DNA of 64,000 bases. It comes from Alphaproteobacteria bacterium (GTDB lineage Bacteria; Pseudomonadota; Alphaproteobacteria; JAJTHO01; CANGYM01). The stretch's first letter is position 1; each line of letters begins with the position of its first letter. The DNA is taken from contig JBILMD010000001.1 of NCBI GenBank assembly GCA_044375675.1, positions 126,396-190,395 on the forward strand, written 5' to 3'. Position numbers and translations under genes: made by a program. Shown in pieces: positions 38,333 to 48,051 of the stretch. The notes beneath the pieces are model-generated. The model searched no databases. It worked only from the letters and a program-made list of their open reading frames with translations, and had not been told where the DNA came from.

Positions 38333-38390
38333 GGATCTTGCCCCCCTTAAAAAACTCTGCTACATAATCTTTCCTTTTGTTCCTACAGCT

Positions 38391-38984
38391 ATGGCGGAGA
38401 ATGACGTTATGGATATCCGAGTTTCCGGTCACCAAATCGATATTGGCGAGGCCCTGAAAACCCACGTGGAAACCACCATTGCCAAAATTAACCAGACCTA
38501 TCTGGACCGTGCCATCAGCTGTCACGTTGTTTTTTCCCGCCGCAACCACTTGTTTACAACGGATGCGACCTTGCTTTCGGGGACAGGCAGCGGGATTGTC
38601 ATTAAGGGCACTGGGGAAGACGTCGATGTTTACCGCGCCTTTGATCAGGCCGCAGAACGCCTGAAAAAACAGCTGCGCCGCTACAAACGCCGCCTGACCG
38701 ATTATCACAAATCCCAAGGGGATGCCGCCCCTGCCCTGCTGGGAAAATCCTATATCATGCAGGCAGAGGAAGAGGTGGATGAGCTGGTGGATGCCAACGA
38801 AGGCCACCCTGTCATCATCGCAGAAACCCCCCACCACATTGAAACCATGGACGTAAAGGACGCCGTTATGCGTCTGGATCTGGCAGGGGAAACGGTGTTT
38901 TTCTTTAAAAACATCAAAAACAACCGCATCAATGCCGTGTTTTCCCGAAAAGACGGCCATATTGGTTGGCTGGACGTCGCCTAA
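38391..38984 (+). CDS. hpf: Ribosome hibernation promoting factor, long form. Start could instead be 38409.
   Basis: Sigma-54-modulation-protein fold (IRVSGHQIDIGEALKTHVE...) plus the long-HPF C-terminal dimerisation domain. Confidence 0.85.
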   Translation: MAENDVMDIRVSGHQIDIGEALKTHVETTIAKINQTYLDRAISCHVVFSRRNHLFTTDATLLSGTGSGIVIKGTGEDVDVYRAFDQAAERLKKQLRRYKRRLTDYHKSQGDAAPALLGKSYIMQAEEEVDELVDANEGHPVIIAETPHHIETMDVKDAVMRLDLAGETVFFFKNIKNNRINAVFSRKDGHIGWLDVA

Positions 38985-39418
38985 AGGAATCCAGCGTTAT
39001 GGACCATACCCCCCTCTCCGCTTTCCCCACCACCCCCTATTCGGTGCATGTGTGTTTGGATGAGGGTAAAAATCTCTCTGAATCCTTGGCCCATCATCTG
39101 AAAGGGCAAAGCCACTCTTTGGCAGACGCTTTCCAAGAGTGGATTGATTTTGCTCTGGAAACAGATCATGCCTCTGTCATGCAGCTGCCTTTGTTGTGCC
39201 TGAGCTATGATCACGTTTGCGTCATGCGCCGCGGGGGACGTGTGTTTGTGATTTATGCCCACCCCTATCATGACCGCGCCCATGTCGCGGGGGTCATTTG
39301 CCATCTGAATCACCGCATTCATCACGGACCCCATGCTCTGGTTTTAAAAAACAGCACCTGCGAAAACCGCATCCGCACCGTTTTTGACCCCGCCACGTCT
39401 TTGGCAGAGGCAGCCTGA
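38966..39418 (+). CDS. Hypothetical His/Cys-rich protein, sited where ptsN usually follows hpf
   Basis: HPYHDRAHVAGVICHLNHRIHHGPH, and no PtsN H-motif. Confidence 0.35.
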   Translation: MAGRRLKESSVMDHTPLSAFPTTPYSVHVCLDEGKNLSESLAHHLKGQSHSLADAFQEWIDFALETDHASVMQLPLLCLSYDHVCVMRRGGRVFVIYAHPYHDRAHVAGVICHLNHRIHHGPHALVLKNSTCENRIRTVFDPATSLAEAA

Positions 39419-40149
39419 TGCCCACAAAAACCGCCATGGTTTTGCTGATTGGGGACGAATTGCTGTCTGGCCGCACAACAGACAAAAACCTTTCCGTCAT
39501 CGCGCAAAAGCTGGGTGAAAAGGGGATTGCCGTGATCGAGGCCCGCGTTCTGGCCGATAACGCCGATGTGATTGTGGACACGCTGCGGGAATGGTCCCCC
39601 CGCGTTCATTACGTTTTAACCACCGGCGGCATCGGCCCCACCCATGATGACATCACGGCATCCTGCGTGGCGCAGGCTGTGGATCGTCCCTTTGTCCGTC
39701 ACCCTGGTGCGGAGGCCGCCCTGCGTGCCTATTACAAACCCGAAGATTTAAACGAAGCCCGCCTGTCCATGGCCGATATGCCGCAGGGGGCGGATTTGAT
39801 CCCCAACCCCGTCACGGGGGCCCCTGGCTTTTTTATCAACAACATTTTTGTCATGGCGGGCGTGCCCAGCATCATGGGGGCCATGCTGGATTTTGTGTTG
39901 GATCATCTGACCCCAGGGGCGGTTATCCACAGCCAAACCCTGACCACAACCCTGATGGAGGGGGAAATGGCCCATGCGCTCTCCGCTGTTCAGGATCACT
40001 ATCCCGACGTTAAAATCGGCAGCTATCCCCATTTTCAGGCCAACAAACGCGGCGTCAGTTTGGTGTTAAGGGCCACCGATGCCCATCGCCTGAATCAGGC
40101 CGCCGCCGCGCTTGAGGCCACCTTAAACGCCCTACGGCCCCCCCAATGA
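39418..40149 (+). CDS. CinA-N-like molybdopterin-binding (MoCF-biosynthesis domain) protein
   Basis: MVLLIGDELLSGRTTDKNLSVIAQKL...TTGGIGPTHDDIT. Confidence 0.75.
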   Translation: MPTKTAMVLLIGDELLSGRTTDKNLSVIAQKLGEKGIAVIEARVLADNADVIVDTLREWSPRVHYVLTTGGIGPTHDDITASCVAQAVDRPFVRHPGAEAALRAYYKPEDLNEARLSMADMPQGADLIPNPVTGAPGFFINNIFVMAGVPSIMGAMLDFVLDHLTPGAVIHSQTLTTTLMEGEMAHALSAVQDHYPDVKIGSYPHFQANKRGVSLVLRATDAHRLNQAAAALEATLNALRPPQ

Positions 40150-40493
40150 AAACCACGATCTTGGTGCGGGGCCTCGATCTATCCTGCCTAATCGGGATCT
40201 TGGACCACGAACACACAACCCCCCAGCGCATCCGTGTTTCTGTGGAACTGACCCTGAAAACCAACGATCCCGTTTCTGTTTTGGGGGATTCGTTATGTTA
40301 TATGGATGTTCAAAATGTTATCCGCAGCCTTACCCAAACCCACGTAGCCTTGGTGGAACATCTGGCCAATGCCGTGGTGGATCATTATAGAGGCGATCCC
40401 CGCGTTGCGTCTGTGGTGGTTGAGATTTTAAAGCTGGATGTAGCCCCCCATGCTCAGGGGGTTGGCGTGCGCGTGTCCTCTGGGTCATCATGA
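40146..40493 (+). CDS. folB: Dihydroneopterin aldolase
   Basis: ILVRGLDLSCLIGILDHEHTTPQRIRVSVEL. Confidence 0.85.
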   Translation: MKTTILVRGLDLSCLIGILDHEHTTPQRIRVSVELTLKTNDPVSVLGDSLCYMDVQNVIRSLTQTHVALVEHLANAVVDHYRGDPRVASVVVEILKLDVAPHAQGVGVRVSSGSS

Positions 40494-41350
40494 ACCGCCG
40501 CCCATTGATTATGGGGATTGTCAACATCACGCCGGATTCTTTTTCGGGGGATGGTCGCGTGGATCCACGCGCCGCCGTGGCCCACGCGGAATCTTTGCTT
40601 CGGGACGGTGCGGATTGTCTGGATATCGGGGCCTACAGCTCCCGCCCGGGCGCCCCTTTTGTGGATCAGGGCACGGAATTATCGCGGCTTTTGCCCGCGC
40701 TTTCGTTGATTCGCCGCACGGTGTCATGCCCCCTGTTTGTGGATACGGCCCGCCCTGCCGTGGCCAGAGCCGCCCTTGATCTGGGCATTCAGGGCATCAA
40801 CACCATCGAGGGGCTTTCTATTCCTGCAGCGTTGTGGGATGTCCTTGCCGATTATCCCACAGCCAGCGTGATTATCATGCACAATCCCCTGCCCTTATTA
40901 TCCCCTGACCAAAAAAACGAGGGCCCCTGCCCCCCATCCCATCCCCCACATGTTTATCCCAAAGGGGTCATGACGCATGTTCGGGATGATCTGAAAACCG
41001 TCGTTGAAAACAGCCCCCTGCACCCTGCACGCATTCTGCTGGATCCTGGGGTGGGCTTTGGCAAGTCGGCGGCGGATAATTTTGCCCTGATTCAGGGCAT
41101 CGGGGCCCTCAGCACCCTTGGGCATCCCGTTGTTTTGGGGGTTTCGCGCAAATCGTTTTTGGGCTCTGTGGTCAAAAAAGAAGCCCCAGAGCGGATTTAC
41201 GCCGGTCTGGCGGCCATGCTGTTTGCGGCCCCCCATGTGGCCATGATCCGCACCCACGATGTGGGAGCTCTGGCCGATGGGCTAAAAGTCAGGGAAGCCT
41301 TGGAACAATCAAAAATTGAACCATCCGACTTCCCCAACATCACACCCTAA
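40490..41350 (+). CDS. folP: Dihydropteroate synthase
   Basis: IMGIVNITPDSFSGDG...DIGAYSSRPGA...DPGVGFGKS. Confidence 0.9.
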   Translation: MNRRPLIMGIVNITPDSFSGDGRVDPRAAVAHAESLLRDGADCLDIGAYSSRPGAPFVDQGTELSRLLPALSLIRRTVSCPLFVDTARPAVARAALDLGIQGINTIEGLSIPAALWDVLADYPTASVIIMHNPLPLLSPDQKNEGPCPPSHPPHVYPKGVMTHVRDDLKTVVENSPLHPARILLDPGVGFGKSAADNFALIQGIGALSTLGHPVVLGVSRKSFLGSVVKKEAPERIYAGLAAMLFAAPHVAMIRTHDVGALADGLKVREALEQSKIEPSDFPNITP

Positions 41351-41880
41351 AATTTCAGATCAATGCTTGTTAGTTTTTCATCCAACGCGCTCAGCACATC
41401 TTGGGTAATGTCCATGTTGCTGTCTGTCATCACCAGAACGCTGCTTCTGGGCAAAACCAACGTGTAGTTTTTTTCCTTAGCAATGCCAGAAATCACAGTC
41501 ATGGTCTGGGTTTGCAGGGTTTCCATGGCGGTTGAAAACGCCTTGTCTAGGCTATTTTTCTTGCCGCGCATGTTGGTTTGCAGCTTGCCCAAATCATTCT
41601 CAAACGCCTTGCGTTTTTCAGCATAGGCATCGGGGGACAAAACCGAACGATCCCGCGCCAAAGCATCTTTCGCATCGGAAAGTTTCTTTTGCTGGGATTC
41701 CAGATCCTTTTTGTACTCATCCTGCTTTTTGTTCATTTGCTGCTTGATCGAGGCCCCTGCTTTGGACGACTGCAAGATCACCTTCAAATCCACAACGGCT
41801 ACGGATTTCAGCTCTTGGGCCGACGCCACCGACGTCAGGGATACCAACAGCAATAACGAGAAAAACAATACGCGCATCAT
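41347..41880 (-). CDS. OmpH/Skp-family periplasmic chaperone
   Basis: Signal peptide, then a Lys/Gln-rich coiled-coil. Confidence 0.75.
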   Translation of the reverse strand: MMRVLFFSLLLLVSLTSVASAQELKSVAVVDLKVILQSSKAGASIKQQMNKKQDEYKKDLESQQKKLSDAKDALARDRSVLSPDAYAEKRKAFENDLGKLQTNMRGKKNSLDKAFSTAMETLQTQTMTVISGIAKEKNYTLVLPRSSVLVMTDSNMDITQDVLSALDEKLTSIDLKF

Positions 41881-41990
41881 TCATCCTTTATGGTCAAATC
41901 TTGTTTAAAAAAGACAGCGGACACTTTGGCCCCGCCACCCCTACCAAGGGTCTTACGGAAAACCCTGCGATTTGGCAAGAGAAATCCGCA

Positions 41991-42728
41991 TCACCCATCA
42001 TACCTAACCCCCACCAATGTCAGCCCTTGGGGGGGGCGCGTGGTCCCCGCCAGACGGCGGTCTCCTGTGATCAGGGCCTGATTCAACCCCTCCAGCGTTT
42101 TGTGCCCCCGCCCGATATCCAGCAGCGTGCCCACCATAATCCGCACCTGATTGTGCAGGAACGATTTTGCAGCAAAATGGATATGCATCTCATCCTCCAG
42201 CGTCTCAATACGGACCTCATCCAAGGTTTTCACGGCGCTGGGGGCCTGACATGCGGCGCAGCGAAAGGCGGAAAAATCATGCTGCCCCACCAACGCCTGC
42301 GCGGCGGCCTGCATCGTGGCCATATCCAGCGGGCCGGCATAATGATCCACCTGATGGGCCCGCAGGGGGCTGGGGGCCGTGCGACGCAAAATCCGGTAAC
42401 GATACCGCCGCTGGGTGGCGGAAAAACGGGCGTGAAAAGTCTCCGGCACACCCTCCGCCGACAGCACCGCTACGGGCCATGGCCGCAGATGGGCATTGAC
42501 CCCATGCACAAACGCCCGCAGCGGCAATCCATCATGATCCAGATGAATGACCTGACCACTGGCATGAACCCCCGCATCGGTGCGGCCGGCGGCATGAATG
42601 ATTTTATCCTGTCCCGTGAGTTTTTTCAGCGCATCCTGCAAAACCCCCTGAACCGTCACGGCGTTGGGTTGATCCTGCCAACCGGCAAAGGGCGTGCCGT
42701 CGTATTCCAAAACCAACTTAATGCGCAA
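41991..42728 (-). CDS. truA: tRNA pseudouridine(38-40) synthase
   Basis: MRIKLVLEYDGTPFAGWQ...AAGRTDAGVHASGQV. Confidence 0.9.
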   Translation of the reverse strand: MRIKLVLEYDGTPFAGWQDQPNAVTVQGVLQDALKKLTGQDKIIHAAGRTDAGVHASGQVIHLDHDGLPLRAFVHGVNAHLRPWPVAVLSAEGVPETFHARFSATQRRYRYRILRRTAPSPLRAHQVDHYAGPLDMATMQAAAQALVGQHDFSAFRCAACQAPSAVKTLDEVRIETLEDEMHIHFAAKSFLHNQVRIMVGTLLDIGRGHKTLEGLNQALITGDRRLAGTTRPPQGLTLVGVRYDG

Positions 42729-43620
42729 GGAGTTGCCCCTTGGTCAGCGGAAACCCTTTCAGAAAATCTGCCGTTTTCATTACCGTTTTTCCACTGCGCT
42801 GAACCAATGTGGGACGCAGCGCTTGCTCGCCGCAGGCCACCAAAAACTGATTGTCCAAAATCATCCCGCAGCGGCCAAAGGTATTGACCACCTCAGCATC
42901 CAAAACTTTGATCCGCTCGCCTTTGTATTCTGTCCACGCCCCGGGTGCGGGGGCAAAGGCCCGAATCACGCGCAGCAACTCACTGGCCGGACGGGCCCAA
43001 TCCAAACGCATGGTGTCCTTATCCACCTTGGCGGCATATGTGGCGGCGGCATCCTCTTGGGCAGCGGGCGTCACCGTTTTGAAATGATCCAGCGCATACA
43101 CAATGGCCTTCGCCCCTGCTTTGGACAGCTGATCCAGCAGCTGGCCCCCCGTGGTTTTGTCGGTGATGGGCACGGTGACGGTATGAATGACGGGCCCTGT
43201 ATCCAAACCGGCCTCCATCATCATAATGGATACACCTGTTTCTTTATCCCCCGCCATGATGGCCCGCTCAACAGGGGCGGCCCCACGCCAACGGGGCAAC
43301 AGGGACGCATGGATGTTCAAACACGGGGCCACATCCAAAACCTTTTGGGGCAAAATCAATCCGTACGCCGCCACCACAATGGCCTCAGGTTTATAGGCTT
43401 TCAGGGCCTTAACCGTGTCCGCATCCCGAAAAGATACCGGCGTTTCCACAGGAATGTGATGATACTGCCCCCAAAGAGACACGGGCGAGGGCTGCACGGC
43501 CTTTCCCCGACCGGCGGGACGGGGGGGCTGCGTGTACACGGCCACAACGGTGTGTTGTTTGTGCAACGCTTCCAGCGCGGGCAACGCAAAGGACGGGGTT
43601 CCCATAAACACAACGCGCAT
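42718..43620 (-). CDS. fmt: Methionyl-tRNA formyltransferase
   Basis: MRVVFMGTPSFALPALEAL...HASLLPRWRGAAP (ATG verified at 43620). Confidence 0.9.
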   Translation of the reverse strand: MRVVFMGTPSFALPALEALHKQHTVVAVYTQPPRPAGRGKAVQPSPVSLWGQYHHIPVETPVSFRDADTVKALKAYKPEAIVVAAYGLILPQKVLDVAPCLNIHASLLPRWRGAAPVERAIMAGDKETGVSIMMMEAGLDTGPVIHTVTVPITDKTTGGQLLDQLSKAGAKAIVYALDHFKTVTPAAQEDAAATYAAKVDKDTMRLDWARPASELLRVIRAFAPAPGAWTEYKGERIKVLDAEVVNTFGRCGMILDNQFLVACGEQALRPTLVQRSGKTVMKTADFLKGFPLTKGQLLAH

Positions 43621-43705
43621 ACCGTGAACCTTTTTTCTTTCGGGATTGATCTGTGGCAAAGAGTCTTTTATACACGAAAGACATGGGGCCAAAAATAGAA
43701 AAAAT

Positions 43706-44686
43706 ATGTCACGCACCACCTGGGCAACTGTCCTTCTTACGGCCCTTGTGGGATTGTCATCATTCGGCCTGATGGCGCGGTGGATGTACGAACACCGCAT
43801 TGGCACATTAAAAGAATCCGTCGTCGTCATCCCCAAAGGGGCCTCTTTTCAAAACGTTGTGGACCTGTTATCCCACCACAATGCCTTGGCTTACCCCTTC
43901 TTTTTTTATGTTTCAGAGGGGCTTTTGGAACACCACCGGTTTTACCCCTCAGGGGAATTTCTGATTCCGGCGGGGTTAACGTATCAGGAGCTCAGCGTTT
44001 TTTTGCGCCGCGCCAAACCCCTGCAACATCCCATTCGGGTTCTTGAGGGCACCACCGTCGCCGGCGTTTTGCAACATTTAAATGATCATCCTTTGTTGGT
44101 GGGCCAGATTGACGGAGCGCCCGCCGAAGGCACTCTGTTTCCCGAAACCTATTACGTTTCCCGCGGGGAAAACCGGCAGCAGCTGTTAAACCGGATGCAG
44201 GCCATGATGACAAAACAACTCTCCACCCTTTGGGACAAACGCACCCCCGATTTGCCCCTGAAAACCGCTGAGGAAGCCATGATTCTGGCTTCTATTGTTG
44301 AAAAAGAATCGGGGGGAAAAGACGATCAAACCTACGTGGCCAGCGTGTTTTTGAATCGGTTAAACGCCGGCATGCCCCTGCAGGCCGATCCCACCATCAT
44401 TTATGCCCTCAGCGGGGGCAGCGGCCGCCTAAACCGCCCCCTGAACCGCCAAGATTGGACGCTCCAAAGCCCCTATAACACCTACCTTCAAACAGGCCTG
44501 CCCCCCTCCCCCATTGCCATCCCCAGCTTGGATGCCTTGCGGGCCGTCCTGAATCCCATCACCACCCCCTATTATTATTTTGTGGCCGATGGAAAGGGGG
44601 GGCACATCTTTTCCACCTCTCTAAGCGATCACAACCGCCACGTTCGGGCGTTTTACCGCACGAAAAAAGAAGCCTCTGCCCCATGA
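43706..44686 (+). CDS. mltG: Endolytic murein transglycosylase MltG (YceG-like)
   Basis: N-terminal TM helix, then the YceG-like domain (...ASIVEKES...DPTIIYAL...). Confidence 0.85.
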   Translation: MSRTTWATVLLTALVGLSSFGLMARWMYEHRIGTLKESVVVIPKGASFQNVVDLLSHHNALAYPFFFYVSEGLLEHHRFYPSGEFLIPAGLTYQELSVFLRRAKPLQHPIRVLEGTTVAGVLQHLNDHPLLVGQIDGAPAEGTLFPETYYVSRGENRQQLLNRMQAMMTKQLSTLWDKRTPDLPLKTAEEAMILASIVEKESGGKDDQTYVASVFLNRLNAGMPLQADPTIIYALSGGSGRLNRPLNRQDWTLQSPYNTYLQTGLPPSPIAIPSLDALRAVLNPITTPYYYFVADGKGGHIFSTSLSDHNRHVRAFYRTKKEASAP

Positions 44687-44751
44687 TCCATCCTGCGATA
44701 GCTTGATCTTAACCGTCTTTGGGGTATAGATTATAAAAAAAGGATGATCTC

Positions 44752-45486
44752 ATGACCGCCCCCTACAAACGGATTCTTCTGAAACTCTCCGGCGAAGCCC
44801 TGATGGGCCCTGGGCAGTACGGGATTGACACCGACACGCTGGCCCGCATTGCCCGTGACGTGGCCGAGGTCCGCCAGACCGGCACCGAGGTGTGCATGGT
44901 CGTGGGGGCCGGTAACATTTTTCGGGGCATGTCCGGCGCCGCCGCGGGGATGGACCGCGCCACCGCCGATTATATGGGTATGCTGGGCACGGTGATGAAT
45001 GCGCTGGGATTGCAAAGTGTTTTAGAGGCCCACGGAATGCAAACCCGCGTTCAGTCCGCCATTCCCATGGCCTCAGTCTGTGAACCCTATATCCGCCGCC
45101 GCGCCATACGCCACATGGAAAAAGGACGGATTGTCATTTTTGCCGCCGGCACTGGCAACCCCTTTTTTACCACCGACACGGCGGCCGCCCTTCGCGCCGT
45201 GGAAATGTCCTGTGATGCAGTGGTTAAGGCCACCAAAGTCGATGGCATTTATTCCGCCGATCCCAAAAAGGACAAAAATGCCCAGCACCACCGCCATTTG
45301 ACCTATTTGGATGTTCTGGCCCGTGACCTGCGGGTGATGGATGCCTCCGCCATTTCTCTTGCGCGGGAAAACAATATCCCTATTATTGTGCTTTCAATTG
45401 AAAAAGGGGGGAACTTGGCCGGCGTTCTGCGCGGCGAAGGGCTCTTTACCATTGTCCAAGAAGAAAAGGAAAACGTAACATCATGA
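44752..45486 (+). CDS. pyrH: UMP kinase
   Basis: [14 protein letters not shown]...[10 protein letters not shown]. Confidence 0.95.
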   Translation: MTAPYKRILLKLSGEALMGPGQYGIDTDTLARIARDVAEVRQTGTEVCMVVGAGNIFRGMSGAAAGMDRATADYMGMLGTVMNALGLQSVLEAHGMQTRVQSAIPMASVCEPYIRRRAIRHMEKGRIVIFAAGTGNPFFTTDTAAALRAVEMSCDAVVKATKVDGIYSADPKKDKNAQHHRHLTYLDVLARDLRVMDASAISLARENNIPIIVLSIEKGGNLAGVLRGEGLFTIVQEEKENVTS

Positions 45487-46028
45487 GCGGCGATATTGAA
45501 AAACGCATGCAGGGGTCAGTGGAATCCCTGAAAAAAGAATTTTCAGGTCTTCGCACCGGACGGGCCTCGGCGTCTCTGCTTGAGCCCGTAACGGTAGAAA
45601 TCTACGGCAGCCGCATGACCCTGTCTCAGGTGGCCAGCGTGTCCGTCCCAGAATCCCGTTTGCTGGTGGTTCAGGTGTGGGATCATGGCAGTGCCCCCGC
45701 TGTGGAAAAAGCCATCCGTGATGCCGGACTCGGCCTGAATCCTGGGCGCGAAGGGGCCACCATTCGCGTGCCAGTGCCAGAACTGAATGAAGAGCGCCGC
45801 AAAGAACTGATCAAAGTGGCCGGAAAATACGCCGAAAGCGCCCGCATCGCCATTCGCAACATCCGCCGCGACGCCATGGACGATGTGAAAAAACGCGAAA
45901 AAGACGGCCATATTTCTGAGGACGATGTCACCAAACAAAACAAAGACATCCAAACCACCACCGACAAACACATCAAACAGGTGGACGATATGCTAACCCA
46001 GAAAGAACACGACATAAAAACCGTTTAA
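45483..46028 (+). CDS. frr: Ribosome recycling factor
   Basis: RRF-like sequence throughout. 4-nt overlap with pyrH. Confidence 0.95.
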   Translation: MSGDIEKRMQGSVESLKKEFSGLRTGRASASLLEPVTVEIYGSRMTLSQVASVSVPESRLLVVQVWDHGSAPAVEKAIRDAGLGLNPGREGATIRVPVPELNEERRKELIKVAGKYAESARIAIRNIRRDAMDDVKKREKDGHISEDDVTKQNKDIQTTTDKHIKQVDDMLTQKEHDIKTV

Positions 46029-46055
46029 CTTATTGTTCTTGAGAGAACTTTCTGT

Positions 46056-47465
46056 TCAAACGGCAACAGCCTTTTCAACATCCGCATAGCCCACCACCGT
46101 GCGGTTACGGCCTGCATGTTTGGCTTGGTACAGGGCCACATCGGCGGCCTTGATCATTTGGTCACGGGTAAAGGTTTCTTTGTCCGTTCCAGAAACCGTC
46201 ACACCAATGCTGATGCTGATGGTCATGGTGCCCCCCTGAATCAGGGAAAAAACTTTGTTTTCCACCGCGCGGCGCAACCGCTCGGCGATTCTAAGGCCCG
46301 TCCCCAAAGTGGCATTGTCAACAACCACAACGAATTCTTCCCCCCCCAAACGCGCCACCAGATCACTGTCGCGGGTGCTCATCTGCAGCAATCGGGCCAT
46401 TTCCACCAAAACCTTGTCCCCCTGATCATGCCCAAAGGTATCGTTGATGGATTTAAAATGATCAATATCAATGATCATCAAACACGAAGACCGCCTCTGT
46501 CCTGATTCCATCTGCAGCAAAGCATCAAGGTGGGCGTTAAAATAACGGCGGTTATAAAGTTTGGTCAACTCGTCCGTCAAAGACAAATCCATGGATTTTT
46601 CATGCGAAAGCCGCAGCAGTTTCTGATAAAGAAGGCGCTTGGCTTGTGTGCGAATACGCAGGCGGATCTCGTTGGGCTCGATGGGCTCTAAAATATAATC
46701 ATTCACGCCAATATCCAGCGCCTTGGCCAGTAAATTTTCCCTAAGATCCTGAGAAATCATAACAATAGGCAAATGACGCGTGGCTGGACTGCTGCGGATC
46801 TGCGAACATAAACGCAAAGTCTCTTCCCCATGAAATATCAGCGGCACCAAAGCCATATCATACTTGCGCGTATCCAAGGCCTTCGAAAAAGAGTCCATAC
46901 TGGTGAAAAAAGAGAGGTTGTGTTTATCCACACTCAAAAAACTCTCTATTTTTTCACGCAACACATCATCCTCCATCAGGCATGCCATGCGCACGCCGTG
47001 GATCTGATCATCGGTGGGAAAGGCCACCAGCTGTTCCTCAGGGATCCCCAATCCCGAAGAGGCCATGCGCTGAATTTTGAGGCTGTCCATCAAAACCTTT
47101 AGGCGAATCAACGACCGCACACGGGAAAGCAGCTGCAAATCCTGCACGGGTTTGGTTAAAAACTCATCTGCGCCTGCTTGAAGGCCGCGAATTCTATCCT
47201 TAAGCTCACCAAGGGCCGTCACCATAATCACGGGAATATGCGCGGTTTTTGGGTTTTTTTTCAAAATTTCACAAACCTGATACCCATCCATGTCCGGCAT
47301 CATCACATCCAGAAGAATGATGTCCGGCGGCTGTTGATTCACCAGATCCAGGGCTTTCTGACCGGATGTGGCGGTGCTGACATCAAAATATTCCGAAGCC
47401 AGCTTGGCCTCCAAAACCCCCAGATTGGCCACCCGATCATCCACAATAAGAATACGGCCCGTCAT
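46056..47465 (-). CDS. pleD: PleD-like REC-REC-GGDEF diguanylate cyclase response regulator
   Basis: Two receiver domains and a C-terminal GGEEF motif (RLGGEEFVVV). Confidence 0.9.
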   Translation of the reverse strand: MTGRILIVDDRVANLGVLEAKLASEYFDVSTATSGQKALDLVNQQPPDIILLDVMMPDMDGYQVCEILKKNPKTAHIPVIMVTALGELKDRIRGLQAGADEFLTKPVQDLQLLSRVRSLIRLKVLMDSLKIQRMASSGLGIPEEQLVAFPTDDQIHGVRMACLMEDDVLREKIESFLSVDKHNLSFFTSMDSFSKALDTRKYDMALVPLIFHGEETLRLCSQIRSSPATRHLPIVMISQDLRENLLAKALDIGVNDYILEPIEPNEIRLRIRTQAKRLLYQKLLRLSHEKSMDLSLTDELTKLYNRRYFNAHLDALLQMESGQRRSSCLMIIDIDHFKSINDTFGHDQGDKVLVEMARLLQMSTRDSDLVARLGGEEFVVVVDNATLGTGLRIAERLRRAVENKVFSLIQGGTMTISISIGVTVSGTDKETFTRDQMIKAADVALYQAKHAGRNRTVVGYADVEKAVAV

Positions 47466-47866
47466 AGCTTGATCCCGTGATGGTTGGAAACATCTTGGCC
47501 TGCACCTGCAAAAGAATTAACAATACTCAACATGGCGTTCATATCCACAGGTTTTGTCATATATCCATGAAAACCCTTGTCTTTGGCAAGATGCTGTTCC
47601 TCAGCATGGGCGCACGCCGTCACTGCAATCACGGGAATGGTGGCAGAAAAGGGATCTTGTTTCAAAAGCTCCATAACATCAAAACCCGAGATATCCGGCA
47701 ACTGAATGTCCAGCAAAATCAAAAAAGGCCGCCATTCCTGCACCCAGGATACCACATTTAAACCACTGTGAAGATTTTTTGTGGTATAACCATGAACTGT
47801 CAGGAAATCAGCCAAAAGCTTATAATTTAAGCGATTGTCCTCAATGATAAGAATCATTTTGTTCAT
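47462..47866 (-). CDS. divK: DivK-like single-domain response regulator
   Basis: ILIIEDNRLNYKLL...LLDIQLPDISG...MTKP. 4-nt overlap with pleD. Confidence 0.9.
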   Translation of the reverse strand: MNKMILIIEDNRLNYKLLADFLTVHGYTTKNLHSGLNVVSWVQEWRPFLILLDIQLPDISGFDVMELLKQDPFSATIPVIAVTACAHAEEQHLAKDKGFHGYMTKPVDMNAMLSIVNSFAGAGQDVSNHHGIKL

Positions 47867-48051
47867 AAAGCGTTCATTTCAAAGCAATTTTGTCTACATC
47901 TAAAGCCTTTCCCTAAACTCTACACCAAAGACCGTTACTTTTTCATTGCGAACACAACGCCGGAACAATGTTTTTTTCAGGGGCGTGCATTTTTTCAAGA
48001 TTTTTTTAGGATCTTGCGCCTGCGCGGATCCTCGCCTATGAATCAAAGGGA

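Noticed and set aside
41901-43698. Plus-strand ORFs of 328 and 334 aa
   Set aside because: Antisense to truA and fmt, which have clear family signatures.
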